The notes beneath the pieces were generated by a model. The model ran no database searches and was not told the origin of the DNA. It saw only the letters and a program-made list of their open reading frames with translations. A DNA stretch of 64,000 nucleotides from Bacillota bacterium (GTDB lineage: Bacteria > Bacillota > Sulfobacillia > Fermentithermobacillales > Fermentithermobacillaceae), in NCBI GenBank assembly GCA_040880305.1, contig JBBDIP010000049.1, positions 12,676 to 76,675 on the forward strand, read 5' to 3'. This document shows, in pieces, positions 29,263 to 38,064 of the stretch (position 1 is the stretch's first letter; the number at the start of each line of letters is the position of its first letter). The translations under genes were made by a program, and so were the position numbers.

Positions 29263-30027
29263 TCAGGCACCCAGTCTCAGCCTGTCGGCCACCATCGCGA
29301 TGAACTCGGAGTTGGTGGGCTTGCCTTTCGACTGGCTGATGGTGTGGCCAAAAACCTTCTGAATGAACTCCACATTCCCGCGGTCCCACGCCACCTCGAT
29401 GGCGTGCCTTATCGCCCGCTCGACCCTGCTGGGAGTGGTCACATACTTCTGGGCGATAGTCGGGTACAGCTCCTTGGTTATTCGGGACAGGAGGTCGACT
29501 CTGTCGAATACCAGGATGATGGCGTCACGAAGGTACTGGTAGCCTTTGATGTGGGCCGGGATGCCAAGTTCGTGCATGACAGAAGTAACCTTGGTATCCT
29601 GCCCCTTCTCCTTGTCACGGACGGTGGGAACTCTAGGCGCCGCGACCGGCCCCTTGATGAAAAGCTGCCTCAGCCGTTCGGTGAGGATGTTCAGGTCAAA
29701 AGGTTTGAGTATGTAGTAGTCGGCGCCAAGTTCCAGCACTCTGTGGGTTATGGATTCCTGCCCAAACGCGGTGAGCATGACAATCTTGGGCCGCTTCACC
29801 TGATCCTGCTTGTCCAATCCCTCCAACACGCCGATGCCGTCCAAATAGGGCATTATTATGTCGAGAACCACTACGTCCGGCTCGGTCAGAGAGATCGCCT
29901 CCAGTGCCTCAACCCCGTTGTAGGCCACCCCCACGACCTCGATGTCATCTTGCTTTTCCAGATACTCCCTTAGAAGCCCTACAAATTCTCTATTGTCATC
30001 CACAATTAGGACCCGCATCTTCTCCAT
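29263..30027 (-). CDS. spo0A: sporulation master regulator Spo0A
   Basis: Receiver domain MRVLIVDDN.., C-terminal Spo0A-specific ..[31 protein letters not shown].. Confidence 0.95.
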   Translation of the reverse strand: MEKMRVLIVDDNREFVGLLREYLEKQDDIEVVGVAYNGVEALEAISLTEPDVVVLDIIMPYLDGIGVLEGLDKQDQVKRPKIVMLTAFGQESITHRVLELGADYYILKPFDLNILTERLRQLFIKGPVAAPRVPTVRDKEKGQDTKVTSVMHELGIPAHIKGYQYLRDAIILVFDRVDLLSRITKELYPTIAQKYVTTPSRVERAIRHAIEVAWDRGNVEFIQKVFGHTISQSKGKPTNSEFIAMVADRLRLGA

Positions 30028-30158
30028 CCGTTGACTCCCCCCTGAGCTCTTCGGGCTGTGTCTGCGGTCTCATTTGACAACATATTCCAGTTGTCATTCT
30101 AACTCCTTCTGCACAACTTGGCAACACATACCAAGTCCATGTGGTTGGATCTTCCGCT

Positions 30159-31478
30159 CTACTTCCCTTTGAAAGCCGCAACCGATCCCTCGTAGGCGAC
30201 CCCCGGCATCATCCTGGCCTCGCGCGCCATCCACTCGGCGAAGGTGCCGTATCCCCTGGTAGGGTCGTTTACCAGGACGTGGGTGATCGCTCCGATGAGG
30301 GCTCCATCCTGCATGATTGGGCTGCCGCTCATGCCCTGGACTATGCCGCCGGTTCGCGCGAGCAATCGCTCGTCTGTGATCCTCACCACGAACCCTTTGG
30401 ACGGAGTGCCGCTGCCCGAAAATAGCTGTTCTATCTCAATCGAGAACTGCTCGATGGTTGTGCCGTCGATTGTTGTAAGGACAATGGCCGCGCCTTTCCT
30501 GACTTGGCTTTCCAGAGCGAGGGGAATGGCTTCCGGGTAAAGCGGGTTGCGCAGGTAGCTCGACAGGACTCCGGTGATCCCGCAGGGACCGTTTTGAAGG
30601 ATGTTGCCTATGACGTCCCGGCCCTCCACGAATGTACCCATAACCTCTCCGGGCTGGCCCTTGCGAGAGGGCTGGACCCCGGTAACGGTGGCTCTCACTA
30701 TCTGGCCCTGTTTCATGGCTGTGGGTTGCCTCCCGTCGCCTTCGGAGATCACATGCCCCAGAGCGGTGTACAGCCCGCTTGAAGGGTCATAGAACGTCAG
30801 CGTCCCGACGCCTGCCAGAGTATCCTTCACGAGGATCCCTATCTGATACCCTCCGTTGCGGTGCTTAACAGGGCTAAGAGTTCTCCGGATAACCGAGCCG
30901 TCAGGCTTTTCGATCAGGAGGTCCACCCACTGACCTGCGCGTCCCGCGCGCTCGACCAAGATCGCGAGCTCCTCCTTGGTCGAGACCTGTTTGTCGCCGG
31001 CGGAGACTACGACGTCGCCGACCGCGATCCCCGCGCTTCGAGCGGGCCAGACCTCCCGCCCGTCCACCGTGACCACGGGCGACAACCCGGTTATGACCAG
31101 CCCGGAACTCCTCAAAATGACGCCGATGGAGTTGCCGCCGGGAACGACCATCATGCGATCTGCCACGATGAGAGACACCCGGCGGATCGGCACCAGCCCG
31201 AAAAGCCTGAACTCGACCGCGTACTCGCCGGCCTTGGCGGTGTTCATAGTAAGGCGGTTGGGGAGTTTTGCCCAGGGGTGGGATTCGACTCTGGCGGCGC
31301 CGGTGGAATAAACGGAGACTACCGGGAAGCCTGTGTCGATGGTGAAATCCTGGCCTGTAAAGACGGTGACTGCTTCGGGAAACGAAAAGGCCAGTCTGAA
31401 GGCGCTAGAGAAGCACACCAGAAGGACCAACGCCGAGAAGGTGACTCCCAGAGCCGTTCGAAGCCTTGCCTTTTTCAC
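30159..31478 (-). CDS. spoIVB: SpoIVB peptidase (S55)
   Basis: Signal anchor, PDZ-like region, catalytic region ..GIVQGMSGSPIMQDGALIGAITHV.. Confidence 0.9.
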   Translation of the reverse strand: MKKARLRTALGVTFSALVLLVCFSSAFRLAFSFPEAVTVFTGQDFTIDTGFPVVSVYSTGAARVESHPWAKLPNRLTMNTAKAGEYAVEFRLFGLVPIRRVSLIVADRMMVVPGGNSIGVILRSSGLVITGLSPVVTVDGREVWPARSAGIAVGDVVVSAGDKQVSTKEELAILVERAGRAGQWVDLLIEKPDGSVIRRTLSPVKHRNGGYQIGILVKDTLAGVGTLTFYDPSSGLYTALGHVISEGDGRQPTAMKQGQIVRATVTGVQPSRKGQPGEVMGTFVEGRDVIGNILQNGPCGITGVLSSYLRNPLYPEAIPLALESQVRKGAAIVLTTIDGTTIEQFSIEIEQLFSGSGTPSKGFVVRITDERLLARTGGIVQGMSGSPIMQDGALIGAITHVLVNDPTRGYGTFAEWMAREARMMPGVAYEGSVAAFKGK

Positions 31479-31516
31479 GGGAGATGCCCCCTTCGGCTGG
31501 CCCTACATTGTGGTGC

Positions 31517-31537
31517 CAGTCGCGTGACACGCGACTG
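31517..31537. other. perfect 10+1+10 palindrome between recN and spoIVB
   Basis: CAGTCGCGTG-A-CACGCGACTG, ~40 nt upstream of the spoIVB start. A second palindrome, GTTTAC-c-GTAAAC, lies 14 nt further on. Confidence 0.6.
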
Positions 31538-31570
31538 ACACGCAATTAAGGTTTACCGTAAACGGGGGTT

Positions 31571-33265
31571 TTATGACCGGCTTTTGTAGTCATCCGACGC
31601 TCGTATGAGCTCGCGCGCGTGCTCAAGCGATATGTCGAGGCTGCCGCCCGACAGCATCCTTGCGATCTCGCGGGCGCGCTCAGGGGGAGTCAAGGCGCTG
31701 ACCGTGGCGTACGTGCGCCCGTCCTTTTCTTCCTTGGAGACTAGATAGTGGTTGTCGGCCAGCGCTGCGATGGACGCAAGATGGGTCACGCAGAGTATCT
31801 GGTGGCTTCTTCCAAGCTCCCAGAGTTTTTCACCCACGGCCTGACCGGCGTTCCCGCCAATCCCGGCGTCAATTTCATCGAAGATTAGAGTTGGAACGGG
31901 GTCAACCGCTTCCATGTGGGACTTCACTGCCAGCATCAGTCTGGAAAGCTCTCCGCCCGAAGCCACCTTGTTGACGGGCATCGGCGGCTCGCCTGGATTG
32001 GCCGAGAACATGAAACCCACTTTGTCGAACCCATACGGCCCCGGTTCGGCCTCCTGCTCTATCTTGACGCTGAACCTGGCGCCGGGCATCCCAAGTTCTT
32101 GAAGGCTTGCCAACACATCCTGCTCCATGGCCCGCGCGACCTCCCGGCGCAGGCCGGTCAAATTGGCGCCCAAAGACGCCATCTGCTTTCCAATTCCGTC
32201 GAGCTCCTGCCGCAGTCTGGCCAGGGTTTCGTCTGCGTGGACAAGCTCATCGAGGCGGGTCTTGGACAATGCGGCAAACTCGGTGATCCTCTCCACGGTC
32301 TCCCCGTACTTGGATTTCAGGCGCTCCAAAAAATCAAGTCTCTCGGAGATGACGCGCAAGCGCTCCGGGTCAAGCGCCAGTCGCTTGCGATAGTCGCGCA
32401 AGACGTCGAGCGCGGCTTCCAAGTCGAAGGCTACCTGCTGGGCGGCGTCGAGGGCTTGTCCGACTGAAGGATCAATCGAGAGCACCTTACGGAGCTGGGC
32501 TACGGCCTGATCCACTGCCTCTCTGGCGGACCTGTCCGACCCGCGGCTCCCTTCGTACAGCGCCTCGTAGGCGCCACCTGACAGCTCCACCAGCCGCTCC
32601 TGTGAGGATAAGACTCCGTATTCCTGGCGGAGCTCGTCTTCCTCACCCGCCTTTAGCTTGGCCTTGGCAATCTCATCTACCTGATAAGCCAAGAGGTCTA
32701 TCTCGCGTTGCCGCTCGCGGTCTCCCCTGTCAAGGTCCGAGAGGCGCGCAAGCACGGACTGGCGCTTGCGGTAGAGGTCGTTGAACGCGCGGGAGAGCGA
32801 CTCCAGCGCGTCTTTACGGAGGCTGTCCAATATGGAAAGGTAGTTTTGGGGTCGGAGTAGCGAGTGGTGTTCCTGCTGGCCGTGGATGTCTACCAGACGG
32901 CCGCCAAGTTCCTGCGCCATGGAGGCCGTGGCCAGATGGCCGTTTACCCGGAGGTACGACCGGTCGGCCAAAATATCCTTCTGCAGGACAACGTCTCGGG
33001 TTCCCGACAGTGCGGCAAACAGCGGGTCGTCGGGGCCGCCCGGCAGTCCCTCAGGCAGGCCGGCAAGCATCTCGACTACGGCCCGCTCCTCTCCCGTCCG
33101 GAGCAGTTCGCGCGAGGTCCTCTGCCCCAAGCAGGCCAGGACCGCTCCCACCACCATGGACTTGCCGGCCCCCGTCTCTCCGGTGAAGACCGTGAGCCCT
33201 TCGCCCAGATCGAGCCTAACCGAAGAGAACAGGCCGAAATTCCTAATAGAAAGGTAGGAGATCAT
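31571..33265 (-). CDS. recN: DNA repair protein RecN
   Basis: Walker A GETGAGKS, long coiled coil, signature ..ASGGELSR.., Walker B LIFDEIDAG. Confidence 0.93.
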   Translation of the reverse strand: MISYLSIRNFGLFSSVRLDLGEGLTVFTGETGAGKSMVVGAVLACLGQRTSRELLRTGEERAVVEMLAGLPEGLPGGPDDPLFAALSGTRDVVLQKDILADRSYLRVNGHLATASMAQELGGRLVDIHGQQEHHSLLRPQNYLSILDSLRKDALESLSRAFNDLYRKRQSVLARLSDLDRGDRERQREIDLLAYQVDEIAKAKLKAGEEDELRQEYGVLSSQERLVELSGGAYEALYEGSRGSDRSAREAVDQAVAQLRKVLSIDPSVGQALDAAQQVAFDLEAALDVLRDYRKRLALDPERLRVISERLDFLERLKSKYGETVERITEFAALSKTRLDELVHADETLARLRQELDGIGKQMASLGANLTGLRREVARAMEQDVLASLQELGMPGARFSVKIEQEAEPGPYGFDKVGFMFSANPGEPPMPVNKVASGGELSRLMLAVKSHMEAVDPVPTLIFDEIDAGIGGNAGQAVGEKLWELGRSHQILCVTHLASIAALADNHYLVSKEEKDGRTYATVSALTPPERAREIARMLSGGSLDISLEHARELIRASDDYKSRS

Positions 33266-33267
33266 TG

Positions 33268-33723
33268 CTAGAGACCAGCTATCTTCCTGAGCGACTCCAA
33301 CATCTCCTGTGACGAATTGGTTTCTCTTACCACAACCAGGACTGAATCGTCTCCCGCGACGGTGCCCAGGACGCCGGGGAGTTTGAGAGCGTCGATGGCT
33401 TCGCCCACAGCCGAAGCTGTGCCGTCAATGGTTTTGACCAATATGATGTTTAGCGACCTGTCCATGTCAAGACAGCAATCGGTGAAGAGCCGCCTAAAGC
33501 GTTCACGGTATACCAAAGAGGGGTCGCCAGGCATGAGGGCGTATTTGTACCTGCCGTCGCCGGACGGCACCCTGACCAGGTTCATCTCCTTGATGTCTCG
33601 AGAGACTGTCGCCTGGGTGACATGGATGCCCTCGCGCGAGAGCGCCTCACACAGGCCTTCTTGACTGGTAATCACGCTTTGTGATACCAGCTCAACGATC
33701 CTCATCTGTCTTTTAGCTTTCAT
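33268..33723 (-). CDS. argR: arginine repressor
   Basis: Winged-helix ..GIHVTQATVSRDIKE.., C-terminal ..GTVAGDDSVLVV.. Confidence 0.9.
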   Translation of the reverse strand: MKAKRQMRIVELVSQSVITSQEGLCEALSREGIHVTQATVSRDIKEMNLVRVPSGDGRYKYALMPGDPSLVYRERFRRLFTDCCLDMDRSLNIILVKTIDGTASAVGEAIDALKLPGVLGTVAGDDSVLVVVRETNSSQEMLESLRKIAGL

Positions 33724-33762
33724 CTGGATGTCCCCCGGTACGTCACCGTTTGTCTGGAACCG

Positions 33763-34650
33763 CTACCTTGGAAGCCTGTCAGCCCCTTCCTTCATCTTTC
33801 GGCGCAGCACGTCGTAGAACGACCACTCGTTACGCCGGAGAAGGACCACTCTTAAACCTGAGGTGGACACTCGGACTCGGTCGCCTGCGTACAGCGGCAG
33901 GAACTCCTGCCCGTCTACTGACAGCGAGGTCGACTGGCTTGGTTCGACCACTTCGATCTCACAGGGCTCGGACGACGGCACTACCATTGATCTGGAATAC
34001 AGGGTGTGCGCGCAAACCGGCGTCACCAAGAGCGCGTCTATCTCCGGTGACATGAGGGGTCCGCCTGCGGACAACGAGTATGCCGTGGAGCCTGTGGGGG
34101 TAGCCACTATGACCCCGTCGGCGAAATAGGTGTCCACCTCGTTGCCGTGGACCCGAAGAGTGAGAGCCGTCATGCGTCCGTACGGGCCTTTAATGACAGC
34201 AGCCTCATTCATGGCGATGCTCTCATACACCTTCCGGCCTTCCCGGAAAACCTGCGCTGTGAGAGTGATCCTCTCATCCCTCTTACACGCGCCGGAGATG
34301 AACGAGGGCAACGCCGTGAACAAGTCGATAGATTCGAGTTCGGTTAGGAAGCCAAAATGCCCAAGGTTGACGCCTAGAAGCGGGATCCCCAGGGGGCCCA
34401 AAGCCCTCGCCGCGCCAAGGAGCGTGCCGTCCCCGCCCAAGACTATCGCGAAATCCGTGTTCGAGGACCATTTGTCCAGGGGCAGACTAGTCTGGGGCAG
34501 GCCAAGCATTTGGGCAACGCATGACGGAAAGTAGCCGACATGCCCCCGCTCTCTCAGCCAATCAAAGAGCTTTGCGGAAAGCTCCCTGCTGCCTTCCTTC
34601 TCGAGGTTAGGGTAGATACCTATTCTTCTTCCCGTCGGCTTGTCCGTCAT
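33763..34650 (-). CDS. nadK: NAD kinase
   Basis: GGDGT motif (VLGGDGTLLGAAR), ..GVNLGHFGFL.., ..ATPTGSTAYSLSAGGP.. Confidence 0.9.
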   Translation of the reverse strand: MTDKPTGRRIGIYPNLEKEGSRELSAKLFDWLRERGHVGYFPSCVAQMLGLPQTSLPLDKWSSNTDFAIVLGGDGTLLGAARALGPLGIPLLGVNLGHFGFLTELESIDLFTALPSFISGACKRDERITLTAQVFREGRKVYESIAMNEAAVIKGPYGRMTALTLRVHGNEVDTYFADGVIVATPTGSTAYSLSAGGPLMSPEIDALLVTPVCAHTLYSRSMVVPSSEPCEIEVVEPSQSTSLSVDGQEFLPLYAGDRVRVSTSGLRVVLLRRNEWSFYDVLRRKMKEGADRLPR

Positions 34651-36527
34651 TTCCCTTTTCCGAGTGCTTCCTGCACTCTCGCGGCGATGGACCTAGCGTC
34701 GAGGCCGTAAACCTCCCGCAACTTGGCCTGCGACCCGTGCTGCAAAAACCTCTCGGGCAAACCCACCTTGAAGACCGCAGCGCGCTCATTGTTGGATAGG
34801 GCGTCCACAACCGCCTGCCCAAATCCGCCCGACACGACGTTTTCTTCCAACACCCAAACTGGACCCTTAATCGCTGCCAGAGAGATCGTCGAAACGTCCA
34901 GAGGCTTGCTGAACCTGGCGTTCACAACCCCACACGAAATACCCTGTTCTCGTAAGATCTCCGCAGCCGCGACGGCAGGGGCGACCATACTTCCCAGGGC
35001 AACCAGGTTCGCATCCCTCCCCCATGACAGCACTTCGGCCTTTCCCGGCTCCAGCAATTCGGGGGCATCCAGCGCACTCAAATAGTCCACCCCCACCGCC
35101 GCGCCTCTCGGATACCTGACTGCGCAGGGCCCGGGGATGCGGAGCGCGGTATACAGCATGTCGACCAGTTCCTTTTCATCCTTGGGCGCCATGATTGTGA
35201 TACCGGGGACAGGGTTCAGATACGACAGGTCGAATTCACCATGGTGGGTTTCTCCGTCCTCTCCGACAAGTCCTGCACGGTCTATGGCGAACACTACCTT
35301 CTGCCCCTGCAGGCACACGTCTTCGATTATCTGGTCGTACGAGCGCTGCAAGAATGTCGAGTAGATCGCCACTACCGGAAGCATCCCACCCTGGGCGAGA
35401 CCCGCCGCGAAGGTGACCGCGTGACTCTCTGCTATGCCCACGTCGAAGAACCTATCCGGGTATCTGGCCTTGAACTCGTTCAGCCCGGTCCCGTCCGACA
35501 TGGCCGCCGTTATGGCGACAATCCTCGGGTCGTCCTTCGCGAAGCGACACATAGCTTCGCCGAACACTTTGTTCCACGCGACTGAGTCGTTGTTCTTGAA
35601 GATCTCTCCGGTAACCGGGTCGAAAGGGCCCGGCCCGTGGAACTTCTCGGGCTCCTCTTGGGCAGGAGCGTAGCCGCGTCCTTTTTGGGTGACCACGTGG
35701 ACCAGGACCGGCTCCCTCAGCATCTTGGCTTCTTCGAAGACCTTCTGCATAGCGGATATGTCGTGACCGTCGATGGGGCCGTAATAGCGGAAGCCTAGCG
35801 ATTCGAACCACGCCTCAGGAAACAAGAAGTACTTGAGGCCGCCTTTTAGCCTCCGCAAGAGGCTCGCCGCTTTCTTCCCCAAGCTTGGCATGCGTTCAAG
35901 AAGGCGCTCGACCGTCTGCTTGGTCGACCGGTACAAAGGCGCCAAGCGCAAAATCGTGAGGTAATACGAGATGCCTCCAACGCTCTCGGATATTGACATG
36001 GAGTTGTCGTTGACCACCACGATTAGGTTGGTCCTGGAATCGCCGGCGTTGTTTAGGCCCTCAAAGGCCACGCCCGAGGTCAACGCCCCGTCACCGATGA
36101 CCGCCACTACTTTGTAGTCCTCTTGGCGAAGGTCCCTGGACTTGGCCAGCCCGAGAGCATACGAGATTGACCCCGACGCATGCCCGGTGTCATAGATGTC
36201 GAACGGGCTTTCAGCCCGCTTGGGATAGCCCGAGATCCCGCCGAACTTCCGCAGCGTGTGGAAGTTTTCATATCGTCCTGTCACCAACTTGTGGGCGTAC
36301 GACTGATGGCCGACGTCCCACACGATCTTGTCGTCCGGCGTGTGAAATACCGTGTGGAGAGCCAGGGTCAACTCGACGACTCCGAGAGATGAGGCCAGAT
36401 GGCCTCCGTTCTTAGAGACCGTCGCGACTATCTCTTCCCTAATGGCGCGCGCGATCTCATTTAGATCGCGCACCGTCATGCCACGCAGGTCAGAAGGAGA
36501 TTTTACGTCAGAGAGTTTCCGAGTCAT
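34647..36527 (-). CDS. dxs: 1-deoxy-D-xylulose-5-phosphate synthase
   Basis: Track ORF trimmed to Met13 (MTRKLSDVKSPSDLR..), an ATGA overlap with the upstream ORF. ..GGHLASSLGVVELT.., TPP motif IGDGALTSG. Confidence 0.93.
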   Translation of the reverse strand: MTRKLSDVKSPSDLRGMTVRDLNEIARAIREEIVATVSKNGGHLASSLGVVELTLALHTVFHTPDDKIVWDVGHQSYAHKLVTGRYENFHTLRKFGGISGYPKRAESPFDIYDTGHASGSISYALGLAKSRDLRQEDYKVVAVIGDGALTSGVAFEGLNNAGDSRTNLIVVVNDNSMSISESVGGISYYLTILRLAPLYRSTKQTVERLLERMPSLGKKAASLLRRLKGGLKYFLFPEAWFESLGFRYYGPIDGHDISAMQKVFEEAKMLREPVLVHVVTQKGRGYAPAQEEPEKFHGPGPFDPVTGEIFKNNDSVAWNKVFGEAMCRFAKDDPRIVAITAAMSDGTGLNEFKARYPDRFFDVGIAESHAVTFAAGLAQGGMLPVVAIYSTFLQRSYDQIIEDVCLQGQKVVFAIDRAGLVGEDGETHHGEFDLSYLNPVPGITIMAPKDEKELVDMLYTALRIPGPCAVRYPRGAAVGVDYLSALDAPELLEPGKAEVLSWGRDANLVALGSMVAPAVAAAEILREQGISCGVVNARFSKPLDVSTISLAAIKGPVWVLEENVVSGGFGQAVVDALSNNERAAVFKVGLPERFLQHGSQAKLREVYGLDARSIAARVQEALGKGK

Positions 36528-37093
36528 CTCCTCGCGCCCGTCCTTCCTAGCGCCGCTAACCAAAGACGCCTTAATCTGCCAAGCAAAAGGATGATGGTTT
36601 CAGCGTACTTCAAAGCAAACGGCTTGGAAAGGGCTTTGGCTCCTACGGAAAGAAACGACGCGACACCCACGGCCGCGCTCGCGAGGTAGACTTGGTTCAA
36701 AGCGGGAAACCCCGCCCGCACACGGAAGGCCATCGCCACCGCCAGCGCCCCCGAAAGAGTCGCCGAAACATCACCCATCAGATCGCTAAATACGGAAGAA
36801 ACCCGAGAAGCGTTCCTTACAAACCACACAGCCTCTCTCGCCCCCGCGACCCTGCGCGAGCTCATCGATAGGAGTGACTCCTCTTTGGCCCGCGCGCTGG
36901 CGAGGCCGACGGCGTCGGAGACCACTCCTAGCAGGACCACGCCCAAGAACAAGGGGACGGTGAAACCAAGCGGAATTCGTCGTGAGAGGTTTTCTAACGA
37001 TAGGTTCATGCCAAAGCTCAGTAAGAAACCGGCCAGCGCGAGGCCGAGACACTGCAGGTACCATCTGAGAATGCCGGTTTTCCTCTTCGCCAT
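36524..37093 (-). CDS. oapA: small polytopic membrane protein, candidate OLE-associated protein OapA
   Basis: 189 aa, about four hydrophobic segments, SDLMGD (D-x-x-x-D) inside one of them. Its position between a long non-coding gap and dxs is the published OapA context. No alignment to OapA was possible by eye. Confidence 0.5.
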   Translation of the reverse strand: MAKRKTGILRWYLQCLGLALAGFLLSFGMNLSLENLSRRIPLGFTVPLFLGVVLLGVVSDAVGLASARAKEESLLSMSSRRVAGAREAVWFVRNASRVSSVFSDLMGDVSATLSGALAVAMAFRVRAGFPALNQVYLASAAVGVASFLSVGAKALSKPFALKYAETIILLLGRLRRLWLAALGRTGARR

Positions 37094-37099
37094 TAAATG

Positions 37100-37715
37100 G
37101 TTAGGTTCTCGCCTCCGAGGGGCAGCGCATGCAGTAAATCTTGTGCCTTTAGGTCCAGCAGGATTTCCCGCCGGCCAACCCCCGCTTCCGCGTTGGGCGG
37201 TTCCCCTTTAAGGCCGGCCTGCCGCGTCACCGTTGGCAGAGCTGGATCACCACTTAGTGCACACCGCAACCCCGCACGCGCCCGCATAAGACAGTCTAGG
37301 AGTTTTCCTCAAAGGCCCCTGTCCCTAGCCTTTTTTGCAGCCGAGCTTTCAGGAGGAACCATCCTGCCCGGCCACTCAAGACAGGCCATGTCTCTTGTTA
37401 AGGACACAACCGATAAGACGCGAATTTCTCCGGTCTTCGCGAAAAAAGGGCATACAGCCTACATGCCATTGTAGGTTTCCCTTTTTTCCTTCTCCCTAAA
37501 GAAGCCGGAAGCTGGGCGCAACCAGCCTCTTAAAGGGCGAACTCCGGTTCTGGCCCACGACGGATTTTTAGCCCCGCCTTTGGAACAGGTCAGCCCACTA
37601 GAATACTGCGCCCTCTCGGAGGAGGAACGCATCACGTATTATAGGGGATATGCTGGGCAAATGCAAATCCTGGCCTGTGCCAGCCGCTGAAACGCCAAGG
37701 CCCGGCTTACCGCTA
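37100..37715 (-). ncRNA. ole: candidate OLE (ornate, large, extremophilic) RNA; boundaries approximate
   Basis: ~620 nt without a credible ORF between ispA and the OapA-like gene. Many GC stems visible by eye. Size and synteny (xseA-xseB-ispA-[RNA]-membrane protein-dxs-nadK-argR-recN) match the described OLE locus. The consensus was not checked. Confidence 0.5.
37638..37666 (-). promoter_or_regulatory. sigma-A-like promoter element TTGCAT-N17-TATAAT
   Basis: The minus strand reads ggatTTGCATttgcccagcatatccccTATAATacg. The -10 is perfect, the -35 matches 3/6. It lies inside or at the 5' end of the OLE candidate and could be fortuitous. Confidence 0.35.
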
Positions 37716-37718
37716 TGT

Positions 37719-37997
37719 GGCCAGGGATGAACCATGTCTATCCTGTATGGCTACCGGCAGACCGTGATTTGAGGGGATGTAACCAAGGATGGACCGTTTC
37801 CTTAGAGGATCTGGCCACCGGTGAACCGTTTCCGCCAAAGTGACTATGGACAGCCCATGTTTCGAGGAAAATAACCACTGATGAACCAGATCCGCCCAAG
37901 AACCGGCTACTGGCGAGCCATATCCTTTGACGTAACCATCTGCAGACCATATTCGCGGGAGAAGCGACTACTGGCGGGCCGAATCAACTCCTGAATC
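37719..37997. repeat. nine degenerate direct repeats at 29-32 bp phasing
   Basis: 15-nt cores start at 37719, 37749, 37781, 37813, 37842, 37873, 37905, 37934 and 37966: ggccagggatgaacc, ggctaccggcagacc, aaccaaggatggacc, ggccaccggtgaacc, gactatggacagccc, aaccactgatgaacc, ggctactggcgagcc, aaccatctgcagacc, gactactggcgggcc. Consensus RRCYAnnGRnRRRCC. Confidence 0.8.
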
Positions 37998-38064
37998 GTG
38001 GCGGGGCTGAGAGTTGGCCCCACGTTCCACGGATGCGGGACTCGCTTGGCGCGCTTTGCAGCGT

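Noticed and set aside
37500-37570. Cobalamin-riboswitch-like aaagggcgaactccgg..cccacgacgg
   Set aside because: There is no GCCACUG B12 box or other core motif on either strand. The resemblance is superficial.
37719-37900. CsrA-sponge-like RNA (several AGGGAUGA / AAGGAUGG / GGGGAUGU motifs on the plus strand)
   Set aside because: The GGA-containing motifs are simply part of the degenerate repeat core. There is no promoter or terminator on the plus strand, and no such sponge RNA is known in Firmicutes. The idea is too speculative to report as a feature.
37719-37997. CRISPR array interpretation of the ~31-bp periodic repeats
   Set aside because: The 15-nt cores are degenerate rather than identical. 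The spacers are only ~15 nt and are themselves partly related. No cas genes or leader are present.
37990-38064. TPP-riboswitch-like string ggggctgagag near dxs
   Set aside because: Only the CUGAGA box is present. The ACCUGAUCUGGAUAAUGCCAGCG half is absent, and the string is on the plus strand, 1.4 kb from dxs.
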